Assembly: GCA_031423615.1 (NCBI GenBank)
Contig: JANPFV010000041.1
Span: forward strand, 1 to 62,480
Origin: Candidatus Omnitrophota bacterium
GTDB lineage: Bacteria; Omnitrophota; Gorgyraeia; Zapsychrales; JANLHA01
DNA length: 62,480 nt
Reading direction: 5' to 3'
In this document: positions 35,555 to 44,003 of the stretch, piece after piece
Position numbering within the stretch: the first letter of the stretch is position 1
Layout: each line of letters opens with the position of its first letter
Program-made: the position numbers and the translations under genes
The notes under the pieces: generated by a model
Database searches by the model: none
Seen by the model: the letters and a program-made list of their open reading frames with translations, nothing else
Told to the model about the DNA's origin: nothing

Positions 35555-37917
35555 ACCCTTCCTTGAATTTCTTCCCAATCGTTCCAGTCGTTACGAAGGC
35601 ATTTTTCCCAATCATAATAATCTTTCTGGTTGATCAGCCATTCTCCGCTGACCTGAATGACTATTCCGCCGAAAATCTTTTTCTTATTATGGTCTTTAAT
35701 ATATTTCTGCAATGCTTCGGATTTTGCCTTCGTGTAACCACCACCATCCTGATCGCCCCGGTCTTTTGTTTCAAATATACCAAGCCTGCCATCATTAAGC
35801 TGGATTAAATAATCGGGGTAAAACGTATGCACAACACCGTTCGGATATTCATACTTAATGCCGAAATAATCAATTTTCTTTTCACCGTTTTTCCACCACC
35901 AGATAATCTGCTTTTCATTATCTTCTAAAAACTTCTCAAACTCTCGTTCTGGATTTAACCTGTCAATATTAAGATAACAGGGATCATATAAATACTTCTT
36001 CACCTTCACCGTTTCATCCGTGTGCTCATTGTAGAAACTTTCTTTGGCTATTTCAAAATCATAAAACTGTTCACTTCTCTCGGCGCGTTCTGAAATTTCT
36101 GTCTCCCGAACGCCTTTATATTCCTCAATCGCTTTTGAAAGAATCCGCTCAAAAACAACCCTATTCCCATTATGAACAAATATTTTCTGAACCATCAACT
36201 CTGCTTCGTCCCAATCACGAGAGCCAAGATACTTTTGAAACCAAATATAAATTGTTGTTTTTATCTTCGGAACTGACCTCTTGACATTGCGGAAAGACCC
36301 GAGGTTATCCTTTATGATCTGCTCAAACAATGACTGCAAATCATTCCCGGCGATATTAAGCCTTGCCTTCTGCTCAGAGTCAATAATTCCATAAATTTCA
36401 TCGAATTTCTCACAAACAATATTTGCGTCTCGAATAATCTCTTGCTGATAATATTCCAAATGAATATTGATCCCTTTTTTCTCCATCAATTTCTTATTAC
36501 CGTCAAAAAACTCCCGCTTTGTTATACCAAATTCAGAACAAGCAATCTTTTCAAACACAGGATCAAAACTTGCCCCTATATCGCCGTAATCAACCCTTGA
36601 ACGATAATAAGAAAGCAGTTTAATATCTTTATAGCAGTCCTTGCGGACACCTTTTAGATGCTTGATGATATTCGGATTGTATTCCTCACGTTTAACATGA
36701 ATGCTCTGAACGTTCGTATAAATATACCCGGTATTTAAAGGCTCACTTGCGTAATGTTTAAGCTCCGGCATTCTTAAAATACGCCCCACCGTTTGAATCT
36801 CAAAGGTCTCGCTGTGCGACTCCCGGAATTTAACCAATATATGAGCTCTCGGACAATCCCAGCCGGTATCAATCGCTTGTTTAAAAATAAGATATTCAAT
36901 TTCATTGTCCGACTCTGCCACCCAGTCCAGCGTTTCTGACTTCTGCTCAGCAAGCCAAATCGCAAGTTTTCTGTTCTTTTCTGTTATGCCTTTTTTGGAA
37001 AGGAATCTTTGAACCGCATCAATCTTATCTTTCCCAGCTTCGGCAGTAGGTATCTGAATAAGAACAAGCGGATTGATATTCGATCCTTCAACTTCAAATA
37101 ATTTTCTAAGCTCTAACCGCTTCTGATATGCCGACTCAAGAACAACTTCCTGCGAGTCGCTTTCTTCTTTGGCGATTTTATCAATCTTTTCATTGATAAT
37201 AATTTCTTTCTTAATAATACCCGCTTCGATAACGTCCTTCGGCTCTACAAAGATATAAAAAGAATTGCCATTATTAAACTCAACCGGACTGCTCATGGTT
37301 TTTAATATTCTTATTTCCTTCTCGAATATTTTCGGAGTCGCACTCATCTCCAGAATCACATCAGCGTTAATCTCATCTCGGAGCTCATTAGTCCGCTCGG
37401 CAGTCGCTCCGATATGGCTTTCATCAATAATAAGGATTATTTTTCTCTGTTCTCGTGTCTTTGAAAGAACATCCCGGAAGTTAATTTTCTCGCCTTCTTT
37501 CATTAAAACATTTTTCCATTCACCAGTAGAACGTTCTTTTGAGCGTAACTTTTCCCAGTTAACAACAACGACCTCATTCTTAACGATTCTTTCACGCCCA
37601 CCGGCAAATTCTTCCTCAACAAGCGACACTCGGGGAGCCCCTCCGAAAATCTTCTCGAGGCTATGTTTACTCTGCAAGTGAAGGTCACCCTTGCCTACAG
37701 TTACCCACACAAAACACATATCCTCATCAAAAAGCTCTTTTATAAGCTCCTCGATGAATTTTGCAGTCATAATAGTCTTACCGCTCCCGGTAGGGGCTTG
37801 AAACACGCAAATCTTTTTCATGCCATCTTTGCTTAATAAACCCTTAACCGTATTAGTAAGATCATCAACAGCTTTTTCCTGATACTCTTTTAAATCAATA
37901 TTCATAAATTCCCTCAT
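35551..37917 (-). CDS. res: Type III restriction endonuclease Res subunit (SF2 helicase plus PD-(D/E)xK nuclease)
   Basis: Walker A FQAPTGSGKT, DExH box IIDESH and C-terminal FYPDYLIQL...GIFETKD nuclease-like motifs. It follows and overlaps mod. The start may be the ATG at 37905. Confidence 0.88.
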   Translation of the reverse strand: MREFMNIDLKEYQEKAVDDLTNTVKGLLSKDGMKKICVFQAPTGSGKTIMTAKFIEELIKELFDEDMCFVWVTVGKGDLHLQSKHSLEKIFGGAPRVSLVEEEFAGGRERIVKNEVVVVNWEKLRSKERSTGEWKNVLMKEGEKINFRDVLSKTREQRKIILIIDESHIGATAERTNELRDEINADVILEMSATPKIFEKEIRILKTMSSPVEFNNGNSFYIFVEPKDVIEAGIIKKEIIINEKIDKIAKEESDSQEVVLESAYQKRLELRKLFEVEGSNINPLVLIQIPTAEAGKDKIDAVQRFLSKKGITEKNRKLAIWLAEQKSETLDWVAESDNEIEYLIFKQAIDTGWDCPRAHILVKFRESHSETFEIQTVGRILRMPELKHYASEPLNTGYIYTNVQSIHVKREEYNPNIIKHLKGVRKDCYKDIKLLSYYRSRVDYGDIGASFDPVFEKIACSEFGITKREFFDGNKKLMEKKGINIHLEYYQQEIIRDANIVCEKFDEIYGIIDSEQKARLNIAGNDLQSLFEQIIKDNLGSFRNVKRSVPKIKTTIYIWFQKYLGSRDWDEAELMVQKIFVHNGNRVVFERILSKAIEEYKGVRETEISERAERSEQFYDFEIAKESFYNEHTDETVKVKKYLYDPCYLNIDRLNPEREFEKFLEDNEKQIIWWWKNGEKKIDYFGIKYEYPNGVVHTFYPDYLIQLNDGRLGIFETKDRGDQDGGGYTKAKSEALQKYIKDHNKKKIFGGIVIQVSGEWLINQKDYYDWEKCLRNDWNDWEEIQGRV

Positions 37918-39772
37918 ATATATCTAAAATTTTCTGGGGGATTGGCTCAAGCGAGACACCTTCCCAATCCCCAAAGTCCTTTTTATCCAGCCCCAGCGGG
38001 TCAAGAGTGAAGCAGTATAGAATCTTCTTACCTTTTATCTTGTCGAATTCTTTCTTGAGCGATTTTAATTCATCGCGCTCAAGAGAATAATAAACTCCCA
38101 TTACGTGGTCATTGTGTTTAAAGATACGATAATCATCTGTCTTTTTCACCTCGTTAAAAATGCCTTCACGTAAGCAGAGCATTTCCGTGCATTCATGGGT
38201 AATGCGGATTTTGAGACTATCTTTTCCGATTGTTCTTTTTACAAAAGAAGTTTTGAAATATTTAAGATTGCCTCCAAGCCCCGCTTTATTTCCATCAATA
38301 TTCTTTGTTCCGTATAATTTTAGAATATTATTTTCTTCCAATTTTTCTTCATAACTATCAAATTCATTATTTTCTTTAATATCGTCTATTTCGTCGATAA
38401 TTTGATCAAATTTCTTGAGCTTGGAAAAAGTCAAATTGTTTTCATATAAAACTTCTTTTTCTTTACCGGAGAATTTGTATCCTTTAATTACTCGTTCTAA
38501 TCGAGGATAACAGACGTTTGAAGCAATCCCACCCTCGTCATTAGTACATAAAATAAATTGCCGACTGCCATTATCCTTTTGATTGCTTTCTAAAACTGCT
38601 TGAGCTGTAGTCCCTGAACCTGCAAAAAAATCTAAGATAATACTGGGCTCTTGATCGGAAGTGCTTATTTCTAAACATCTTTTTATTAACTCAACAGATT
38701 TAGGAAAGTCAAAAGGGGTAGTGCCAAATATTCTTCCCAATTCTTCTTTGCCGTTTTCATGATTCATGTTTTTTTCTAACCATAACGCTTTAACTTTAGT
38801 TGTAGCTCCATCTTCAGGAATATAGTCTTTTCTGTAAACTCTCCAAGCCCCGGTTGATACTTTCTTGGCAACAAGTAAATCTAGATTTTTATTAACTTTT
38901 TTCTTACTCCATGTCCAACAACCCTCTTCATTTTGCGAATTTAATGGCAAAGCTGTTTCGTAATACTTTTTATCTTTTTCTAAAGATACCTGCATAGTTG
39001 CTGGATTTATATATATCGGATAATACAGATTCGGACGATTCTTTCTCGTAAAAACTGGATTCCGATTTCTTAATTCTAATTCTCTATATTTTCCATTTTT
39101 ATCTTCTTTTTTGTATTCTTCGAGAGCTTTTTCACCTTTAGCAATTTGTAATACATTTGCCAGTTCGATATTTTTAGAATAAATTAAAATATATTCAAAA
39201 GTTTTAGCTAAGTGGCGATCCAATGTTCTGCCCCTTGGATTAGTTCTAACAATTACATTGCCCACAAAATTATTCTCTCCAAAGATTGCATCACATAATA
39301 ATTTCAATTGAAATAGTTCGCTATCATCTATCGAAATAAAAACGACGGAGGATTCTTTAAGCAAAGGTTTCAGAAGGCGAAGTCTCTTATTCATAAACGC
39401 CAACCATTTGCTATGGCGGTAAGAGTCGTCTTTATCTACATAGCAGTCATTATATTTAAAGTCTGAGCCACCTCGATTATACGGTGGATCGATATATACA
39501 ACATCGACTTTACCGTTATGAGTGTAATTTAAAACTGACAAGGCATGATAATTATCGCCTTCGATAAGGATGTTAACAGGGTTTGCAGGGTCGGTCTTAA
39601 TCTCTTTGCCTTTGACTTCTTTTAATACCGGAAGAGCATTTTCGGACTCTTTTTCAAACTGCTCTTTTGTCCGCTCCTCATCCCAAATAAGACCGTATTT
39701 TTTTCGAGATTCGAGCTTCTCTACAACCTTTAAAAGCTCTTCTTTGGATAACTTTGAATAATCGTTTACCAT
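37895..39772 (-). CDS. mod: Type III DNA methyltransferase Mod subunit (N6-adenine/N4-cytosine class, beta permutation)
   Basis: Catalytic VVYIDPPYNRG comes before the AdoMet motif DFFAGSGTTAQAV. 625 aa, directly upstream of res. Confidence 0.9.
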   Translation of the reverse strand: MVNDYSKLSKEELLKVVEKLESRKKYGLIWDEERTKEQFEKESENALPVLKEVKGKEIKTDPANPVNILIEGDNYHALSVLNYTHNGKVDVVYIDPPYNRGGSDFKYNDCYVDKDDSYRHSKWLAFMNKRLRLLKPLLKESSVVFISIDDSELFQLKLLCDAIFGENNFVGNVIVRTNPRGRTLDRHLAKTFEYILIYSKNIELANVLQIAKGEKALEEYKKEDKNGKYRELELRNRNPVFTRKNRPNLYYPIYINPATMQVSLEKDKKYYETALPLNSQNEEGCWTWSKKKVNKNLDLLVAKKVSTGAWRVYRKDYIPEDGATTKVKALWLEKNMNHENGKEELGRIFGTTPFDFPKSVELIKRCLEISTSDQEPSIILDFFAGSGTTAQAVLESNQKDNGSRQFILCTNDEGGIASNVCYPRLERVIKGYKFSGKEKEVLYENNLTFSKLKKFDQIIDEIDDIKENNEFDSYEEKLEENNILKLYGTKNIDGNKAGLGGNLKYFKTSFVKRTIGKDSLKIRITHECTEMLCLREGIFNEVKKTDDYRIFKHNDHVMGVYYSLERDELKSLKKEFDKIKGKKILYCFTLDPLGLDKKDFGDWEGVSLEPIPQKILDIYEGIYEY

Positions 39773-39773
39773 A

Positions 39774-39998
39774 TTACCTTTGCTTTATTGCTTTTAAAAA
39801 TTTATCAATATGATATTGCTGTATCTTATTCGGTTTAGTTTTACCATTTAGCCATCGGCTGACGGTGGAAAAAACAACACCAATTTCATCTGCGAGTTTT
39901 TGCTGGGGGATGCGGTTTTTTAAACGATATTGTTCTAATTTCTTGACGAGACCATCTATTGGAGGGAATCTCTTTTGGGATGTTTGCATATCATGCAT
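39774..39998 (-). CDS. XRE-family helix-turn-helix protein (possible controller of the R-M operon)
   Basis: LKNRIPQQKLADEIGVVFSTVSRWLNGKTKP is an HTH_3-type motif. Its stop is 1 nt before the mod ATG. The ATG at 39989 is the more likely start if the promoter at 39997-40025 is used. I trimmed the start from the ORF-track position at 40229. Confidence 0.75.
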   Translation of the reverse strand: MHDMQTSQKRFPPIDGLVKKLEQYRLKNRIPQQKLADEIGVVFSTVSRWLNGKTKPNKIQQYHIDKFLKAIKQR

Positions 39999-40025
39999 TT
40001 TAATGCACAGAACTTTTGCTGGCAA
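39997..40025 (-). promoter_or_regulatory. sigma-70-type promoter of the HTH-mod-res operon
   Basis: The minus strand reads TTGCCA (40025-40020), a 17-nt spacer, then TAAAAT (40002-39997). The ATG at 39989 lies 7 nt after the -10 box, which suggests a leaderless or near-leaderless transcript. Confidence 0.45.
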
Positions 40026-40116
40026 TAAAGGAATGATATATCTTTGGGAATGATGTATCTTTTTAAGGGTGAGGCAAAGGGTGTAGGGACCTTGCGCCGG
40101 AATTCCTTTTAGCGCC

Positions 40117-40818
40117 CTATAAAACTTCCCTTTTGATTTGCTCCTTAAGGCGGGCAATGTCTCTTTCCTTATTGCGGATTTCCGCCTCGAGCTTTTGAAA
40201 ATCTTCTTTGGGGACCCAGCTTTCCGCATCTTTCTTTTGCGAGAGCTGAGAATTTTCCCATTTCAATTCCTTGATCTGCTTGCGCTGATTGTCCGTCTCC
40301 GCCTCAAGTTTTTGGACCTGCAATTCCAAATTGCGCCGCACAACCGTAATCGATTCCCCTTCACTCTTGGCTTCCCGGAAATCCCGCTCAAACTTCAAGC
40401 GTTGCGCATGCGTGACGCTTAAATCATGCTCGATCCGGCGAACATCATTTTTCAAAGCCAAAATTTCTTTGGCCTTTTTTTCGATATCATCTTCTTCCTT
40501 CTTCTGCCAGTCCCGTTCTTGGGCGAGCTTTTCTTGCAGTTTGTTGTATTTTTCTTTTTGTACGGTCAAATCCCGCTCGAGGGTCTTTTCTTTCCTCTGG
40601 TATTCCTCAATTTCTTTGCGTAAAGCCTGGACCACCCGCTCCAGTTTTAAACTCACGGCCTCCCAATCTTTCACCGCCGGTTCGTCCGGTTTTAAACGGC
40701 TGACCTTCGCAGAAGACTGGCGTTTCGTTTTTTCGGAAGGCATAAGCAGCAATATCCCTATCATCCCGGAAATCAGGACGGCCCCACCCGCCGCAATGAT
40801 TTGCAAAGAAAGGGTCAT
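40117..40818 (-). CDS. membrane-anchored coiled-coil protein
   Basis: One N-terminal TM helix (IIAAGGAVLISGMIGILLL) followed by about 190 aa of Lys/Glu/Gln-rich heptad-like sequence. Its ATG overlaps the upstream stop as ATGA. Confidence 0.7.
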   Translation of the reverse strand: MTLSLQIIAAGGAVLISGMIGILLLMPSEKTKRQSSAKVSRLKPDEPAVKDWEAVSLKLERVVQALRKEIEEYQRKEKTLERDLTVQKEKYNKLQEKLAQERDWQKKEEDDIEKKAKEILALKNDVRRIEHDLSVTHAQRLKFERDFREAKSEGESITVVRRNLELQVQKLEAETDNQRKQIKELKWENSQLSQKKDAESWVPKEDFQKLEAEIRNKERDIARLKEQIKREVL

Positions 40819-42599
40819 TCTTTTTTACCCAAAGATTTTTGTTTTAATAATTGTTCCAAGTTCTTTTTTGCGGACAGTAAGTTGGGATCGACCGCCACGG
40901 CCCGGCGAAAATATTTTTCGGCTTTGTCCAGTTGTCCTGCGTAAATATAACAAACTCCCGCATTGGTCATGATCTCGGCGTTGCGCGGATCAAATTCTAA
41001 GGCGCGCTCAAAATGCGAACGAGCCGCGTCCCATTGTTCCAGACGGACGGCGATAAAGCCCAGATGATTTTCGACCAAACTGTCATGCGGTGAAAACCGC
41101 AAAATCTTTTCGTAATACATTTGCCCGTCGTCAAGATGGCCCGTCGCTTCCGCACACGCCGCAAGACCCAGCCAGCTGTCCCGCAAAAATCCTTCATAAA
41201 AAGGCCGGACCCGTTCATCGCGAATTTTTCCGAGATATTGGGCCATGATGTCCCCGCCGATGGCATATTCCCGAGAAGCCTGCCCATAGTCGCGATTGTT
41301 GTAATACGCCCGGGCCAGCAACAGGTGCAACCGCCCCATTTTGTTTTCATAACGGACAGCTTTTTTAAAAAGCGGAATTTCTCCGGCCCACATTGGCGTT
41401 TGGCCGTATGTTAACATAACACACACCGTAACGACGACACCGACAAAGACTTTTTTAGTAAGGACGCTCTGTTTTCGCAACACAAGATCACTCGCATAAT
41501 CCAGAGCCACCAGTGCACTCCACAAAATTCCCGCCAAGGGCAAATAAAGAAAATGCTCAAAGGCGGCAATGAAGGAATACTCGTGGACCAGAGGAACGAT
41601 GCTGGTCGTCGGGAGAATTGTGATCGCAAACCAGCCGGCGCCGAAAGCGAAGAGAGGCTGACGGTTTCTCGGCAAGATACGCCAGAGCAAAATTCCGCCC
41701 AAAATTAAAAGAATAAATACCACGGCGGGCCAAACCCATGGAGAGAGAATATTATAACTGCGGTAATAATGCAGGTCCATGGGCCAGACGACCGTTCGCC
41801 AATGATTGAGAATAATGCCGGAAAACGATTTAATCCGTAAATAAAGTTCACCCCAATTGGCGACGAAAGCCGGTAAAGATCCGCCGATAACGATTTCCCG
41901 CCAGAGAAAATAACCGCCCGTTACAATAACAAACCCGGCCAAACGCAGACGCCATCCCGCAGACCCCTTTTTCACCGCCTCAGGAAAACACGATTCGTAA
42001 AGCAATAAAAGAAAAGGCAAAATGATAGCCTGCTCTTTGCATAATAAAGCGCCGCCGAAAAGAAAAAGAGCCGCACTGTAAAACCCCGCTTCCTTGGCCG
42101 CGCTCATTTCTTCATCGCGTTTGGCGATCTTGATATAGAACAAAAAAGCCGCTAAAAGAAAAAATGAAAAGAGCAGATTAGAAATACCGGAAATACACGC
42201 CACAGCTTCTGATTGAATGGGATGGACTAAAAACAAAACCGCCATACAAAAAGCCAGACCTTGCCGTCGGGTCAAGCGCAGGGTCAAAATAAAAAGCAAA
42301 AAACCATTGCCCACATGCAAAAGAACATTAACGACATGATATCCAACCGGGACAGGGCCGAAGAGAGCATATTCTATCCGATAAACGACTTCCAGAAAAG
42401 GGCGGTAATAGGCATTCGCCACGGCAATGGAAGAGGGAGCGAAGGAACTCTTTTCAAAAACATCCAGGACCCGGGACAGATGACGGACCTGAGGGTTCTC
42501 AAGAATAAAAACGACATCATCGTGAACAAAGGGATTCCCTACGCCGTTAAAATAACACAATGCTCCCAAGACGCCGAGCGCTACGAGTGCGTTACGCAT
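40815..42599 (-). CDS. polytopic membrane protein with C-terminal TPR repeats (TMTC/PMT-like glycosyltransferase candidate)
   Basis: The N-terminus FNGVGNPFVHDDVVFILENPQV is followed by about 10 hydrophobic segments. C-terminal TPR units (ARAYYNNRDYGQA, AGVCYIYAGQLDKAEKYFRRAVAVDPN). Confidence 0.7.
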   Translation of the reverse strand: MRNALVALGVLGALCYFNGVGNPFVHDDVVFILENPQVRHLSRVLDVFEKSSFAPSSIAVANAYYRPFLEVVYRIEYALFGPVPVGYHVVNVLLHVGNGFLLFILTLRLTRRQGLAFCMAVLFLVHPIQSEAVACISGISNLLFSFFLLAAFLFYIKIAKRDEEMSAAKEAGFYSAALFLFGGALLCKEQAIILPFLLLLYESCFPEAVKKGSAGWRLRLAGFVIVTGGYFLWREIVIGGSLPAFVANWGELYLRIKSFSGIILNHWRTVVWPMDLHYYRSYNILSPWVWPAVVFILLILGGILLWRILPRNRQPLFAFGAGWFAITILPTTSIVPLVHEYSFIAAFEHFLYLPLAGILWSALVALDYASDLVLRKQSVLTKKVFVGVVVTVCVMLTYGQTPMWAGEIPLFKKAVRYENKMGRLHLLLARAYYNNRDYGQASREYAIGGDIMAQYLGKIRDERVRPFYEGFLRDSWLGLAACAEATGHLDDGQMYYEKILRFSPHDSLVENHLGFIAVRLEQWDAARSHFERALEFDPRNAEIMTNAGVCYIYAGQLDKAEKYFRRAVAVDPNLLSAKKNLEQLLKQKSLGKKE

Positions 42600-42604
42600 G
42601 AATT

Positions 42605-43603
42605 TTATTTCTTTAAACCGAACTTTTTGAGAATATCGGCGATATCCACATTGATCGTTTCGTGAATAAGCAGATCTTCGCTTTTATTAGCAACGGTCAC
42701 GGTGACCCCGGCAAGTTTTTGGTTAAGATTAAGCACGCGGAATTCAGCATTATCAAAAGGAAGGAAATGCTTCTCATCGACGAGAGCGGTGATTTTGTCC
42801 CGTTTTTCTTCATCGATCATATAGCTGACGATCCTTTTACTCAATCTTGGGCCCAGTCTCCCGCCTTTGAGAATTTCCATAAAAATCGCCATGACCTGAA
42901 GCGAACCCTCCACGCGGGTCCACCGGATCGTGCCGCTGAAATCTCCCGTTATCTGGGAAAAAATATTTTTATAAACCCCGGCGAGCTCTTCGCTTTTGAC
43001 ATCACTAAATTCGATCACGGCCGTTTCAGAAGATCGCGGAAGCCGAACAATATCAATTTTGCCCTTGGCCTGCCCTCCATAAGCAAGGACTTTCAAATCG
43101 CCGATGTTAAAACTTTCCTTATTGGCCTGAATGTGGGCTTGCACGCTGTTTAAATGGTACGGAGCAACAAATAATTCGCCGTTACGCAACATCATATCAA
43201 AACTTTGCAAGGCCTTATGTTCCAAAGCAACGCTGAGGCTTAAAACGGCATTCTTGATCTCGAAGTTTTTTTTCTGGATATTCAGACCCGCGACGTCCAG
43301 CTGGGCCTGTTGTTGAGTCCGGAGGAAGGTCGAAAAATTCAAAAAATCCAGTTCGGCAATTTCAATTTGATAGACCTCATTTTGCCATTCCACATCAGCT
43401 TTGATTTTATAAAGCTTCAAAATTTCCGGGTAAGTAATCGACTGGCGGCCGATCTGCAAAGAATTCAAAGTCAAATCTTTGATATATTTCGCCACAAATT
43501 CCGGGGCGCATTTCTGCACCAAAGCCGGCGTATAGCAGACATAATAAAATGCCCCCGTCAGCACGACGACCATGAGAATTGTCAGAGTAAAAATATAGCG
43601 CAT
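42605..43603 (-). CDS. membrane-anchored protein of unknown function
   Basis: From the ATG at 43603: MRYIFTLTILMVVVLTGAFYYVCY (one TM helix), then a roughly 300-aa soluble region with no motif I recognise. I trimmed the start to avoid overlapping the Hpt gene. Confidence 0.65.
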   Translation of the reverse strand: MRYIFTLTILMVVVLTGAFYYVCYTPALVQKCAPEFVAKYIKDLTLNSLQIGRQSITYPEILKLYKIKADVEWQNEVYQIEIAELDFLNFSTFLRTQQQAQLDVAGLNIQKKNFEIKNAVLSLSVALEHKALQSFDMMLRNGELFVAPYHLNSVQAHIQANKESFNIGDLKVLAYGGQAKGKIDIVRLPRSSETAVIEFSDVKSEELAGVYKNIFSQITGDFSGTIRWTRVEGSLQVMAIFMEILKGGRLGPRLSKRIVSYMIDEEKRDKITALVDEKHFLPFDNAEFRVLNLNQKLAGVTVTVANKSEDLLIHETINVDIADILKKFGLKK

Positions 43604-43625
43604 CTGGCTTGTCCTTGGGTAGCGT

Positions 43626-43979
43626 TTACGGGCTGAATTCCTTATGGATCTCCGCCATCCGGCCCTGCAGTTCTTTAAAATTTCTGTCGAGGATGGGAAG
43701 GGATTTCTCGACCGCCGCAATATCTTTAGCCGCGCAAAATCGCTCAATCTCCGTGCAGGTGATATGGACCGCTTTTGCGGAAATATTTCCCGCCGCGCCT
43801 TTGATCGAATGAATAATATCCTTTATCACATCAAAATTCTTTTCCGCAATCGCGGCCCGCAACGTGGGAGTCTTCTGGGAATAATCCTTGGCAAATATCT
43901 CAAATAACTCCAAGAGGAGTTCTTTGTCCCCCTGCACCCGTTCCATCACTTCACCCAAATCAATGACTTTTTCACTCAT
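43626..43979 (-). CDS. histidine phosphotransfer (Hpt) domain protein
   Basis: 117 aa with the phospho-His motif HSIKGAAGNISA in a four-helix-bundle-sized protein. Confidence 0.87.
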   Translation of the reverse strand: MSEKVIDLGEVMERVQGDKELLLELFEIFAKDYSQKTPTLRAAIAEKNFDVIKDIIHSIKGAAGNISAKAVHITCTEIERFCAAKDIAAVEKSLPILDRNFKELQGRMAEIHKEFSP

Positions 43980-44003
43980 ATTGTTCCTTTTCTTTTAAAA
44001 ACT

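Larger units (their letters stand above)
33886..40054 (-). other. AT-rich accessory (defence) island: promoter/boxes, HTH, mod, res, AlbA_2-ATPase and a small ORF
   Basis: The sequence is visibly more AT-rich than both flanks (judged by eye, not computed). It contains the only restriction-modification genes in the window. The genes are joined by overlaps or 1-nt gaps. Confidence 0.6.

Noticed and set aside
39698-39704. An A7 homopolymer (cga aaa aaa tac) near the 5' end of the Type III mod gene as a possible phase-variation tract.
   Set aside because: Known phase-variable mod genes use longer homopolymers or multi-copy tetra/pentanucleotide repeats. Seven A's in an AT-rich gene are expected by composition alone.
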